From a virus (taxonomy: Duplodnaviria > Caudoviricetes), in the IMG/VR virus record IMGVR_UViG_3300010289_000004, positions 1-26,476 of that record: a stretch of DNA of 26,476 bases; one strand, 5' to 3'. Positions 17,973 through 26,353 of this stretch are shown piece after piece. The notes under the pieces are model-generated. The model was not told the origin of the DNA and did not search any database. It was given only the letters and a program-made list of their open reading frames with translations. Within the stretch, counting starts at the first letter, position 1, and the number at the start of each line of letters is the position of its first letter. Made by a program: the position numbers and the translations under genes.

Positions 17973-19327
17973 CAGCTTTCCGCGTCGTAAGTTATTGGTT
18001 TTGGTACATATACATAAACTAAATTACCCTTTGAATCGGACATAACAGGTTTTAACGAACCGCTAAAATACTTATAAGGACTCTTTTTTTGATTAGGTGA
18101 ATTCCACATATACCTTATATAATCATACATCGACATGCGATAAAATAGTGTTCTGCGTTTTGCACCGGACGTGTTAAAATTCTGTGCATGCCTCCATAAA
18201 AATCCAAACAAATCCTTAGCATTTGAGTAAAATTCATCAAAAGTCACACGAGATGCCTTTTCTGCTCCAGATGTGTCTCCAGGATGCTGCCGCAAGTATG
18301 TTTCATATCGTGTTCTAGCAGTCACTATTACTTCAGTAAATTGGGCACGACTGTAGTTCCAATTTTTACCAAGACCGCAACAAGAGCCATTGCAACTTAA
18401 CTCCTTAAAGTCAGCATCGCTAACGTAGAATCTAATGCGAAGTTTACGGCATAATTCACGCATCTTAAAAATATATTTTGATTTTAGTTTATAGTTAAGA
18501 CGCATATATCCTGAACCAACAATAGAATTTCTGCGATAAAAATCAAGAATATCAAAACCAACCACATCTGACATTACTTCGTATCGTTTCATTAAGCCTG
18601 CATGAACACGACCTTCAATGCACAAAAATTCGGTCGAAAGAGCATTTGCACCATTTTTTGCAGCCTGCTCGATTAAAGAAATGTATTCATTATTAGTATC
18701 GCTGAATCCTATGATGAATGGGCGCAATCGTAATGTAACTCCCCCAGCGTTGAACTCAGACACCTTTTTTATTAAATCCAGCCGTTCCGCTGGGGAAGGT
18801 ACGCCGCGCTCCATAATTTGCGCACTTTTGCTGTTCATGTTAATAATAGATACTTTTACATTCCATTGATCATGATTGAACATTGAAACGTATCGTTTAT
18901 CATCAGCCCACCAGCATGATTTTGTAGAAAAGCATATCGGATATTTCAGTTCGTGAAAGTATTTTAAGATTTCAAGCCCAACTCCGTACTTTTTCTCAAA
19001 CATGTCAAATGGGTCTGATAACCCTCCCCACTGAATAGGAATTCGTGACTTAATATATTGCTCAAATTGTTTATCTGATTTTTCTGTACATTCACAGTAT
19101 AAAATCTTTCTCATCTTTTCCGGCCACACTGCTTCAGGTGGTTCTAACAAATAATCCTCATCGTCCGAAAATAACGGATTGAACTGCTTTAATGATCTTT
19201 GAAAATAAGAAAAACAGTATTGACAGTCGAAGCTGCATCGACTGTACTGATCGAAAGTCATAGGCATTGAACAATCTAATATTTCACCAGACCACCGCGG
19301 AGAAGAGTATCCATATTTAACTGGCAT
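17972..19327 (-). CDS. Large radical SAM enzyme, spore-photoproduct-lyase-like branch
   Basis: FDQYSRCSFDCQYCFS (CxxxCxxC), GGLSDPF, FSTKS, ERGVPSPAERL, LRLRPFIIG and an extra C-terminal CNGSCCG. GAGGTG RBS before ATG 19327. Confidence 0.9.
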   Translation of the reverse strand: MPVKYGYSSPRWSGEILDCSMPMTFDQYSRCSFDCQYCFSYFQRSLKQFNPLFSDDEDYLLEPPEAVWPEKMRKILYCECTEKSDKQFEQYIKSRIPIQWGGLSDPFDMFEKKYGVGLEILKYFHELKYPICFSTKSCWWADDKRYVSMFNHDQWNVKVSIINMNSKSAQIMERGVPSPAERLDLIKKVSEFNAGGVTLRLRPFIIGFSDTNNEYISLIEQAAKNGANALSTEFLCIEGRVHAGLMKRYEVMSDVVGFDILDFYRRNSIVGSGYMRLNYKLKSKYIFKMRELCRKLRIRFYVSDADFKELSCNGSCCGLGKNWNYSRAQFTEVIVTARTRYETYLRQHPGDTSGAEKASRVTFDEFYSNAKDLFGFLWRHAQNFNTSGAKRRTLFYRMSMYDYIRYMWNSPNQKKSPYKYFSGSLKPVMSDSKGNLVYVYVPKPITYDAES

Positions 19328-19384
19328 AATCACCTCGGTATTTGAGTTTGAAAACCAGCTTTCGTAAATCACGGCATTAAACAG

Positions 19385-19672
19385 CTAATGTGAAGGTCTC
19401 ACTATACGCTTTCGCAAGTACCGGTTAAGTTTACGTCCAAAGTTTGTGTAATACGATTGTTCGGCATTGGTAAAAATTAAACATTTTTTTGCGAACGAAC
19501 ATTCTGTGCATGCATCTTTGCACCTCCAAGATCCATTTAACGTATTCAGCCAAAGTAGATACATGACTTCGTCATTAAAATACATACTATTGCTGGGATC
19601 AATTAAATATCCACCTCCTACCTTATACAAACCTATGCTGTCACAATCTTCAACAACTCGCACCAAAATCAT
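19385..19672 (-). CDS. Small Cys-cluster protein
   Basis: CKDACTECSFAKKC (Cx3Cx2Cx5C). GAGGT RBS and ATGA overlap with the upstream gene. Confidence 0.7.
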   Translation of the reverse strand: MILVRVVEDCDSIGLYKVGGGYLIDPSNSMYFNDEVMYLLWLNTLNGSWRCKDACTECSFAKKCLIFTNAEQSYYTNFGRKLNRYLRKRIVRPSH

Positions 19673-20595
19673 ATTATACCTCGCTTTTTGCAGAGTGTCT
19701 TAAAATCACGAACAAACTCACCATAGAAGTCATATTTTGCAAAATGTTTTTGTTGTTCATCGTGTATTTGCTGAGACTGCGGCAGTTTGGATGCAATATC
19801 TTCTGCTGTTTCTACCACCCAGTGATCAAGGATTTTTATGCCGGCTCGATCAAAATTTGGAATTGATCTGCTGTCAAACAGTATGGGTATCCCACATCGA
19901 AGGCTTTCGTAAAAACGACATGAAATACTGCAGTCGTGAGTAATCATCCAGTCATCTTCTACATAAATTGTCATCTGAAAGCAATTGAATACGTATGGTG
20001 CATCGTAATGAATCAAATGCACCTCGGGAAACAACTTTTGCCATTCAAGCAAAACGTGTTTGGCTTCGGCGATATAAACATCAAATTTTGATGGGTCAAG
20101 TAATCTTTTAAAAGTTGAGATCCGATCCTTACGTGGAGACCCCCAATAAAACAGGCCATAATATTTTTTTTGAGGATTCCACTTTCTATTGTAAGCAGGA
20201 TCGTATCCAGATTTGTTTAGGTTCAGAAAAAATATAGATTGCTTTTCATTTACCATATACCTAATACTTGTCCATACTTCACCAGAACTTAGCTTCAAGT
20301 ATCTGTTGACTGCTGTAATGTATTTTTCGTCTCTCCATTCATCTCGAAAATGAATTATTCTTTTTGCATTACGTAGAACATTATTCAATTCTTTACACCA
20401 TGGGCTGAACAGCATGGCACCTACATATCCAACAAAAACTGTATGAGGATAAAGAGATTTGCTAGTTTCGCGCGCAATCTCTAGTTCATATTTATTGTGC
20501 ACAAACGGAATATTTAGAATTTTTGACGCCTGTTTGGTGTTGCGTGCACTAGTATCTTCTTTTATTCCTTGGTCAACAGCCCAAGCTGTGCTCAT
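19669..20595 (-). CDS. T4 beta-glucosyltransferase-like GT-B protein (paralog 2)
   Basis: LFYWGSPRKDR, TIYVEDD and SCRFYESLRCGIPILFD parallel the T4 BGT motifs YGGSFR, IIGD and RVWE...MLID. Confidence 0.68.
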   Translation of the reverse strand: MSTAWAVDQGIKEDTSARNTKQASKILNIPFVHNKYELEIARETSKSLYPHTVFVGYVGAMLFSPWCKELNNVLRNAKRIIHFRDEWRDEKYITAVNRYLKLSSGEVWTSIRYMVNEKQSIFFLNLNKSGYDPAYNRKWNPQKKYYGLFYWGSPRKDRISTFKRLLDPSKFDVYIAEAKHVLLEWQKLFPEVHLIHYDAPYVFNCFQMTIYVEDDWMITHDCSISCRFYESLRCGIPILFDSRSIPNFDRAGIKILDHWVVETAEDIASKLPQSQQIHDEQQKHFAKYDFYGEFVRDFKTLCKKRGII

Positions 20596-21422
20596 AAATA
20601 CTCCTTGTTTACGTTGATTAAGCCTTTTCTGAATCCGCCATGCCAGTCACATTTATTGCATGGACTTAAATCTCTGCGTCCTTTTATTAAATGTTTTCGT
20701 AAGGCGATCAGTTTTGCATTGTTATACCAAGCATCGTATAAATCAGTTGAATTCACATTGCATATAACATATTCTTCACCCCAGTCACGGCAGCATGGAA
20801 TAAATGAACCATCATATAGAATTGTAATGAACCTAAACGGATCGACACATACTTTATGCAGCGGAGTGAACGACTCTTGGTTGAATGTTGGTACATTACC
20901 TGCCCAGTTATGTATTTCTCTGGTGCGCAGTTCACCTTCATGCTTTTTTATATCGCGCACCAGAAATATGACTTTCTTATTTGCAAAGCGTCGGTTGAAC
21001 GGAGAGAAATCGTTATCGCCATATACAATAATAGGAGCAACGCCATCCAGTCTTTTCTTAAAATTTTCAAACGTGTTTCCGTAGCAATCAACTATAGCAC
21101 AGTTTAGCCCAGCTTTGAACATTTCAATAGCCATTTCTCTCGAAAAAAGGATACCGTTAGTAATTAAGTTGATCTGCGATCCGACCATAACTGAATGAAT
21201 CAAGCGTGTCATTGAAATTATGTCAGGATGAAGTGTGCACTCTCCTCTGCCGCACAGTTCTATTCGTAACGGAGTCCAAGGAACAGCACCGTTCAGAACA
21301 GACATCAAAGTAGATTCGGTCATATACTTTCGTTCCTTTGGTAATGAATGTATTGCACAAAAGCTGCAAGCGAGATTGCATCCTCTTACTAGTTCAATAG
21401 AAATATTATGCGGTTTCTCCAT
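20592..21422 (-). CDS. Radical SAM enzyme with SPASM/twitch auxiliary Fe-S domain
   Basis: IELVRGCNLACSFC, GRGECTLHP, ITNG, CVDPF..ITILYDGSFIPCCRDW and PCNKCD. Confidence 0.92.
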   Translation of the reverse strand: MEKPHNISIELVRGCNLACSFCAIHSLPKERKYMTESTLMSVLNGAVPWTPLRIELCGRGECTLHPDIISMTRLIHSVMVGSQINLITNGILFSREMAIEMFKAGLNCAIVDCYGNTFENFKKRLDGVAPIIVYGDNDFSPFNRRFANKKVIFLVRDIKKHEGELRTREIHNWAGNVPTFNQESFTPLHKVCVDPFRFITILYDGSFIPCCRDWGEEYVICNVNSTDLYDAWYNNAKLIALRKHLIKGRRDLSPCNKCDWHGGFRKGLINVNKEYL

Positions 21423-22288
21423 TATAATATTCCTTTATACATTGTATTAAATGCGTTTATCAATTCGATGTTATAATCACGCACCCAATGCTTTTGTTGC
21501 CAAAGCACAGCAGATTCAATATCACAATGATCAAATAGTGCTTTGATGTCTCTGCTCGAATCAACAACGTATTCAGCAGGCAAATCAAGCCCTGACTTTT
21601 GAAAAGTACCAATACATCTTTTATCTACCATAATAAACATTTTGTGTGACAAGGCCTCATAAAAACGATTAGCAAGAGAGCAGAAAGTCGTATGTGACTT
21701 TAGATCTTCAATATAGACTGTAGCACCAAACAGCGAAAACTGTCCAGCAGATAAAGGTGGATATACATGAATGTTTTTATCAATGCTTAAAAAATTCAGG
21801 CGATTGTTCACTGACGTACTGACGTGAACTGGGTACAATGATGGGGTAAAGTATTTTTTGAAATCCATCACTCTATCTTTTCTGAATGCACCCCAGTAGC
21901 ATAATCCATTTAATTTTTTTACACTGCTTACGTATCCTTCAGGATTGTATGTTAGCATGTTCCAATTGATGTATTTGTAATCATTGGTTTGAACACTACT
22001 CCAGACCTCTTTTATATAAGGTTTTAACTTTGATGGTATTTCGATTGCATAATCATTCTGAACCCATATAACTTTTTTGGCATTTTTTGATAGTTGAACA
22101 GCACCATCTCTGAATTCGCAAAAACCGAATGGACTATTCACTACAAACAGAATGTCATAGCACTGGGTAAAGTCCGACATTTTGTTTTCTATCAATGTTG
22201 CTTTCGTTGCATCACGTATAAAAAGCGCAATTTTTGCAGACGCCAAAGTTGTTCTTACGCATGGTGTAAAATGAATAACTCCTGTCAT
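21422..22288 (-). CDS. T4 beta-glucosyltransferase-like GT-B protein (paralog 1)
   Basis: WVQNDY, INWNML, LCYWGAFRKDR, TVYIED and ANRFYEALS...IMVD. Colinear motifs with 19669..20595. Confidence 0.7.
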   Translation of the reverse strand: MTGVIHFTPCVRTTLASAKIALFIRDATKATLIENKMSDFTQCYDILFVVNSPFGFCEFRDGAVQLSKNAKKVIWVQNDYAIEIPSKLKPYIKEVWSSVQTNDYKYINWNMLTYNPEGYVSSVKKLNGLCYWGAFRKDRVMDFKKYFTPSLYPVHVSTSVNNRLNFLSIDKNIHVYPPLSAGQFSLFGATVYIEDLKSHTTFCSLANRFYEALSHKMFIMVDKRCIGTFQKSGLDLPAEYVVDSSRDIKALFDHCDIESAVLWQQKHWVRDYNIELINAFNTMYKGIL

Positions 22289-22300
22289 AATGTTAATTCC

Positions 22301-22780
22301 TTACTTTCGGTAAAAATCATTTTTGAAACATGTACCATAATCGACAAACAGTTCTTGCCCTGTTTTTATTTTACGTATAGTTTTTACTTCACCATTGAAA
22401 AAAGCAACATTTGGGTTTGATGAATGATTAAGAAAATACTCAAGATATATTTGGTTAATTCCCATGATAGAAAAATCAACCATACGATTTTCGTCGCAGT
22501 TCATAAAGTCATTTACTAATTTTAGTACACTTTTTGGAATGCCACTGTTTGAGTAAATATCATCGTAATGAATCTTAACGGTACTACTGCATCCGCTTCG
22601 TGAACCAAGCACACGCAACGGATATACTCCTTTTGGAATGTCTCGAATAGCAATTAAACCAACACCAGCACCATTAACGGTTGATACACCAACTCTGCAA
22701 TAAACATTATATTTCAATTCGTCTATAAGTTTTGCTATGATAATCTCTTGCTTGTTGCGTAGCTTTTTCATATTTTTCAT
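22301..22780 (-). CDS. SET-domain methyltransferase
   Basis: S-x-V-x-GAGVGLIAIRDIPKG (motif I), YFLNHSSNPN (NHS) and IKTGQELFVDYG (ELxxDY). The start may be ATG 22771. Confidence 0.92.
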   Translation of the reverse strand: MKNMKKLRNKQEIIIAKLIDELKYNVYCRVGVSTVNGAGVGLIAIRDIPKGVYPLRVLGSRSGCSSTVKIHYDDIYSNSGIPKSVLKLVNDFMNCDENRMVDFSIMGINQIYLEYFLNHSSNPNVAFFNGEVKTIRKIKTGQELFVDYGTCFKNDFYRK

Positions 22781-23462
22781 CCTTTCTTGCTTCTTTTACG
22801 AATCCTTCCCATCCGTTCTTATGTAAGTCAAAAGCTCCCCATGTGTGAACAGCATATGCGTCTGGGTATTTTGTTATTGCACCAACTTTACGGGCTTTCC
22901 ATGGATAAGGATAGAAAAATTCTCGAGGAAGATGCCGTTCACATTTCTTAAAAACAGGCACAGGATATATATCGGTATAATAATAGAACTTCTTGTCAAA
23001 GTTGCTTTTCATGCCAATATTGATCTGCTTATTTACCTCTTCACCTATCTCAATAGCCAAAGGATTTTGTTGCGACATTCCGACAATCGAGATACCAACT
23101 TCACACTCATCATATCCTTCTGCAACAAAACTGGAACAGTTAAGCAAATCGTCGAAACTTTTTTGGCATATGGTGTCGTGATCTGCCTTAATACCTCCGT
23201 ATAGATAAAGAATGTCCCATGTTGCTACGTCAAACTTTACTTCCCAAAACAAGTCTGACTTCAGTAATAATCTACTGCTTTCCTTAAACAAATGCAGTTT
23301 TGACATTATTGCGTCAATATCCCAAAACATAAACGTATAGTCTGGATTGCAACGCATCCATGATGTGCGGTATTCATGCCATATCGATGCGTAAGGATCT
23401 CCACTTGTCCATATATGATGAACAATTTTTGGTATTTTATGCTGCACTTTTGGTGTTCTCAT
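22707..23462 (-). CDS. GT32/OCH1-like DxD glycosyltransferase
   Basis: IPKIVHHIW, SWMRCNPDYTFMFWD, ILYLYGGIKADHD, FFYPYPW and YAVHTW. Confidence 0.88.
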   Translation of the reverse strand: MRTPKVQHKIPKIVHHIWTSGDPYASIWHEYRTSWMRCNPDYTFMFWDIDAIMSKLHLFKESSRLLLKSDLFWEVKFDVATWDILYLYGGIKADHDTICQKSFDDLLNCSSFVAEGYDECEVGISIVGMSQQNPLAIEIGEEVNKQINIGMKSNFDKKFYYYTDIYPVPVFKKCERHLPREFFYPYPWKARKVGAITKYPDAYAVHTWGAFDLHKNGWEGFVKEARKDEKYEKATQQARDYHSKTYRRIEI

Positions 23463-24205
23463 CGAGGCACCCTCATCTTTCTTGTTTGTGGAGCATTGTG
23501 AGTGTTGATTTGGATTCGATCACATTCATCTAAAGGCTCGGACGGAGTATAGCACTTTTTGAATTGCTCATATCTAATGACGCGCTGGTGTTTTAATGTT
23601 ATGCCGGCAATAGCTCGGAACTCATCAAAGTCTTCTTGAGTATCAAATTGAATTATCATAGACAATGAAGTCCCGCTGGTATCTCCAACGATATCCACGT
23701 CTGGCAACTTTTCCGGTTTGATTCCACTCAACATGATACTTTTGAATTCCTTGTCAGTGATTCCAAGCTCTTCAGGCTTTTTTGATGCAAGGTATTCTTG
23801 TTGCATAAGTTGAAATCTTTTTTCGTTATCCCATTCACCCTGATCTGATGCAGCATTATCCGATAGTGCATAAGCATCGGCTTCTGCCACATCCTTAAAG
23901 TCCTTAAATATTACAGCAACTTTAGTAAAACCTTCAGCTTTCATGGCCTTCCATGTCGTGTTGCCTTTACGGATTGACATATCATGCCTCCACACCTGAA
24001 GAGGCGACTGTTGCCCGTAAATGCGAAGCAGCTTCCGAACAAAAGGTACACCACGATCCGTCCGTGGATTGTTGTCCCATGGATGAATTGAGTCAATATC
24101 AACTATTTCTACATTACCAACGTTGATCTCAGGTGAATTTTCTTGGTTTGCGTTTCGCTGGGATCGCACTGTCGTATTCGCTGAACATCTGCTCATTCTT
24201 GCCAT
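23459..24205 (-). CDS. ParB/sulfiredoxin-like N-terminal domain protein
   Basis: VDIDSIHPWDNNPR, YGQQSPLQV, KGNTTWKAMK and AYALSDN...WD. AAGGAG RBS before ATG 24205, which overlaps the primase 3' end. Confidence 0.85.
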   Translation of the reverse strand: MARMSRCSANTTVRSQRNANQENSPEINVGNVEIVDIDSIHPWDNNPRTDRGVPFVRKLLRIYGQQSPLQVWRHDMSIRKGNTTWKAMKAEGFTKVAVIFKDFKDVAEADAYALSDNAASDQGEWDNEKRFQLMQQEYLASKKPEELGITDKEFKSIMLSGIKPEKLPDVDIVGDTSGTSLSMIIQFDTQEDFDEFRAIAGITLKHQRVIRYEQFKKCYTPSEPLDECDRIQINTHNAPQTRKMRVPR

Positions 24206-26291
24206 CTGGCGCTCCTTCCGGTTTTTCGTAAATACAAGCATCTTCGATCAGTTTTAGGATATGATCACTTAACCGATAGCAAATGTTTCCAAATACACCA
24301 ACCTCCTTTCTGTTTTTCGAAAGCACACCAAGTAAACACATATTTTCAATCAGACGTTTTGTAGTGATTTCAGGAAGTCCAAGAATTTCGACAATCTGAT
24401 TGGCTGTGTATTCTTTATGCATGCCATTTTTATAAATTTCGCGCACAGCATCTTCAACGCGCGAAGGGACTGTGCTCCTTCCTACGTCTCTAATGATACT
24501 ATATTCTGCATCAGTGAGTTTACTTAATCCTCTAAACTGTCCAATTGCGATCGCAAGTTTGAATAACTGTTTTGCCAATCGAGTAGGACGTTCACAAAAA
24601 GGCTTGTGCGTTATCTCTTTCGAGTACTTATCTCGGTTAATCGAGCCACGCAGAATAGAAGTCCACTGAGCCAAAGAGATTATTTTGTCCTTAAATGTAT
24701 CAGAAGCCTCAGGCTTTGCTTTTGTGTAATCATAATTCAAAGCCTTTTTTGCTATGTCCGATAGTTCGTCACGCATTTCAATTTCAAACTCGGTGTTTTC
24801 GATGGCTTTACGGCATAGCAACCGTTCAATAGAAAGATCATCGGAAGTCTGTAATCTATAAGATAGAAATCTTTCTCCCAGCGCTGTATGTCCATCAATG
24901 TACAGTTCTATTGCTGGAGTGACCCCAGCGAGAAAACCAAACGTGGACTCATACGAACGATAAACACCGTTGCCGAATGTTTTTTCAATCTTACCATCAT
25001 ATATATCTCGTAAAATGCCAAAAATAGCGTCGCGCTCATTCGGATTAACCGTAAGAATTGTTGTAAAGTCCTTAATAACTAATACTTTGTTGCGAAGACG
25101 CGGTATAAGTGATGGGTCAGATCCACCTGTTGATCCAAACCCACTGATTAGTGTGTGTTGCGTAAAACTAGTAGCTGTATAGATATTTTTTGCTTTTGAA
25201 AACGACATCAAAAACGCACTCTTTGCGTCACCACTTTTTGCGACAAGAAACATCCATAATGGATCACCAGGCATACGGTTTGCAATTATTGTACCGTACA
25301 GCAAATCAATAACGTTTTCGTCAGTAAGATGAAGCCATTTTTTATATACTTTGTGCACATCCCTATAATTCACCATGTCGTCGGTGTATTTTACTACGGT
25401 GATGTCTTCTGTATAATTGGGTGGAACTGGGTGCAACAATCTTTTGATTCCACGCATAGTTCTTTTTGCATCACAAGAGCGATCCTTGTAAAAATCGCGA
25501 ATATCATAATGATCTGGCGTTCCATCAGGCCAATGTATAAATTGAATGTCTTCAACAGAACCAACTAACATGCTGTACACTTTTTTCATACCGATTTCGC
25601 CAGTGCCACGCACTTCTTTTCCGTTTACAGTTCGTGCAAAATCGTTGTCGTATACAACACGTACTTTTTTCCCGCGAAACATCGGTATCCACTCTGGCTT
25701 AAAAGTCAAAGCACCAGGAACACCCACCGATATCGAAGATCGTCTTTCGCCTAAATTCTCGATAATTTCATCCATTACCATGGTGTCCCATTCACCTTCA
25801 CACAACCAAACCGTATCACAATCACTACTTGACAACAAGTCAAAGTTAATCAAAGTGGGAGAGCACCCAGCGGTAGACTTCAGTTTTGGTTTCTTTTCGG
25901 ACAAATCGTATAGACGTATATCGGCAAAATGTTTATGCTCAACATCAGTGTACAACGGAATAAGAAATTTTGACGCAACGGATAAGTACCGAACATTAAA
26001 TCTTTCAAGCGTTTTAACCTGAATTGATCTGTGATCGGACAACGGTTGAAGTGAGTGGCCGCTTGAGCTCATTTCGTATGCTTCTGTGATAAATGATAAA
26101 TACCCACCAGCCTTACCGCATACCTTACAGTCCCATTTTTTTGTTGCCGGATTCACATAAAACCGTGACTTATCTCCACAAAATATGCAGTTTCCGGCAA
26201 CTTGAGATCCGCCAGACATGCCTGCCGGAATAAATCCATACTGTTTAAACATGATTAGGTTTTCATGCAATAATAGTGAATCCTGCGACAT
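24129..26291 (-). CDS. Primase-helicase fusion (Zn finger, TOPRIM, AAA+/MCM-like ATPase, C-terminal wHTH-like)
   Basis: CIFC...WDCKVC; TOPRIM WLCEGEWD, GVPGA, VVYDND and YDIRDF; P-loop LVAKSGDAKS, VLVIKDF, LRDIYDG, AGVTP and LGERFL. GAGGT RBS. Confidence 0.88.
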   Translation of the reverse strand: MSQDSLLLHENLIMFKQYGFIPAGMSGGSQVAGNCIFCGDKSRFYVNPATKKWDCKVCGKAGGYLSFITEAYEMSSSGHSLQPLSDHRSIQVKTLERFNVRYLSVASKFLIPLYTDVEHKHFADIRLYDLSEKKPKLKSTAGCSPTLINFDLLSSSDCDTVWLCEGEWDTMVMDEIIENLGERRSSISVGVPGALTFKPEWIPMFRGKKVRVVYDNDFARTVNGKEVRGTGEIGMKKVYSMLVGSVEDIQFIHWPDGTPDHYDIRDFYKDRSCDAKRTMRGIKRLLHPVPPNYTEDITVVKYTDDMVNYRDVHKVYKKWLHLTDENVIDLLYGTIIANRMPGDPLWMFLVAKSGDAKSAFLMSFSKAKNIYTATSFTQHTLISGFGSTGGSDPSLIPRLRNKVLVIKDFTTILTVNPNERDAIFGILRDIYDGKIEKTFGNGVYRSYESTFGFLAGVTPAIELYIDGHTALGERFLSYRLQTSDDLSIERLLCRKAIENTEFEIEMRDELSDIAKKALNYDYTKAKPEASDTFKDKIISLAQWTSILRGSINRDKYSKEITHKPFCERPTRLAKQLFKLAIAIGQFRGLSKLTDAEYSIIRDVGRSTVPSRVEDAVREIYKNGMHKEYTANQIVEILGLPEITTKRLIENMCLLGVLSKNRKEVGVFGNICYRLSDHILKLIEDACIYEKPEGAPDGKNEQMFSEYDSAIPAKRKPRKFT

Positions 26292-26353
26292 ACCAACCTC
26301 TTTATGATGCGTATTAAACCGTCTTGCCCTGTTTATAACGCTATAACCCGTTT

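Noticed and set aside
17972-19327. Naming the gene splB (spore photoproduct lyase) or a queuosine-pathway queE
   Set aside because: It is much longer than SplB with a different C-terminus, and no folE/queC/queD/dpdA genes are present for a 7-deazaguanine pathway.
690-26022. All plus-strand ORFs in the track (e.g. 910..1368, 8412..8837, 20569..21084, 25546..26022)
   Set aside because: They lie antisense to well-supported minus-strand genes and show no recognisable motifs, so they are treated as shadow ORFs.
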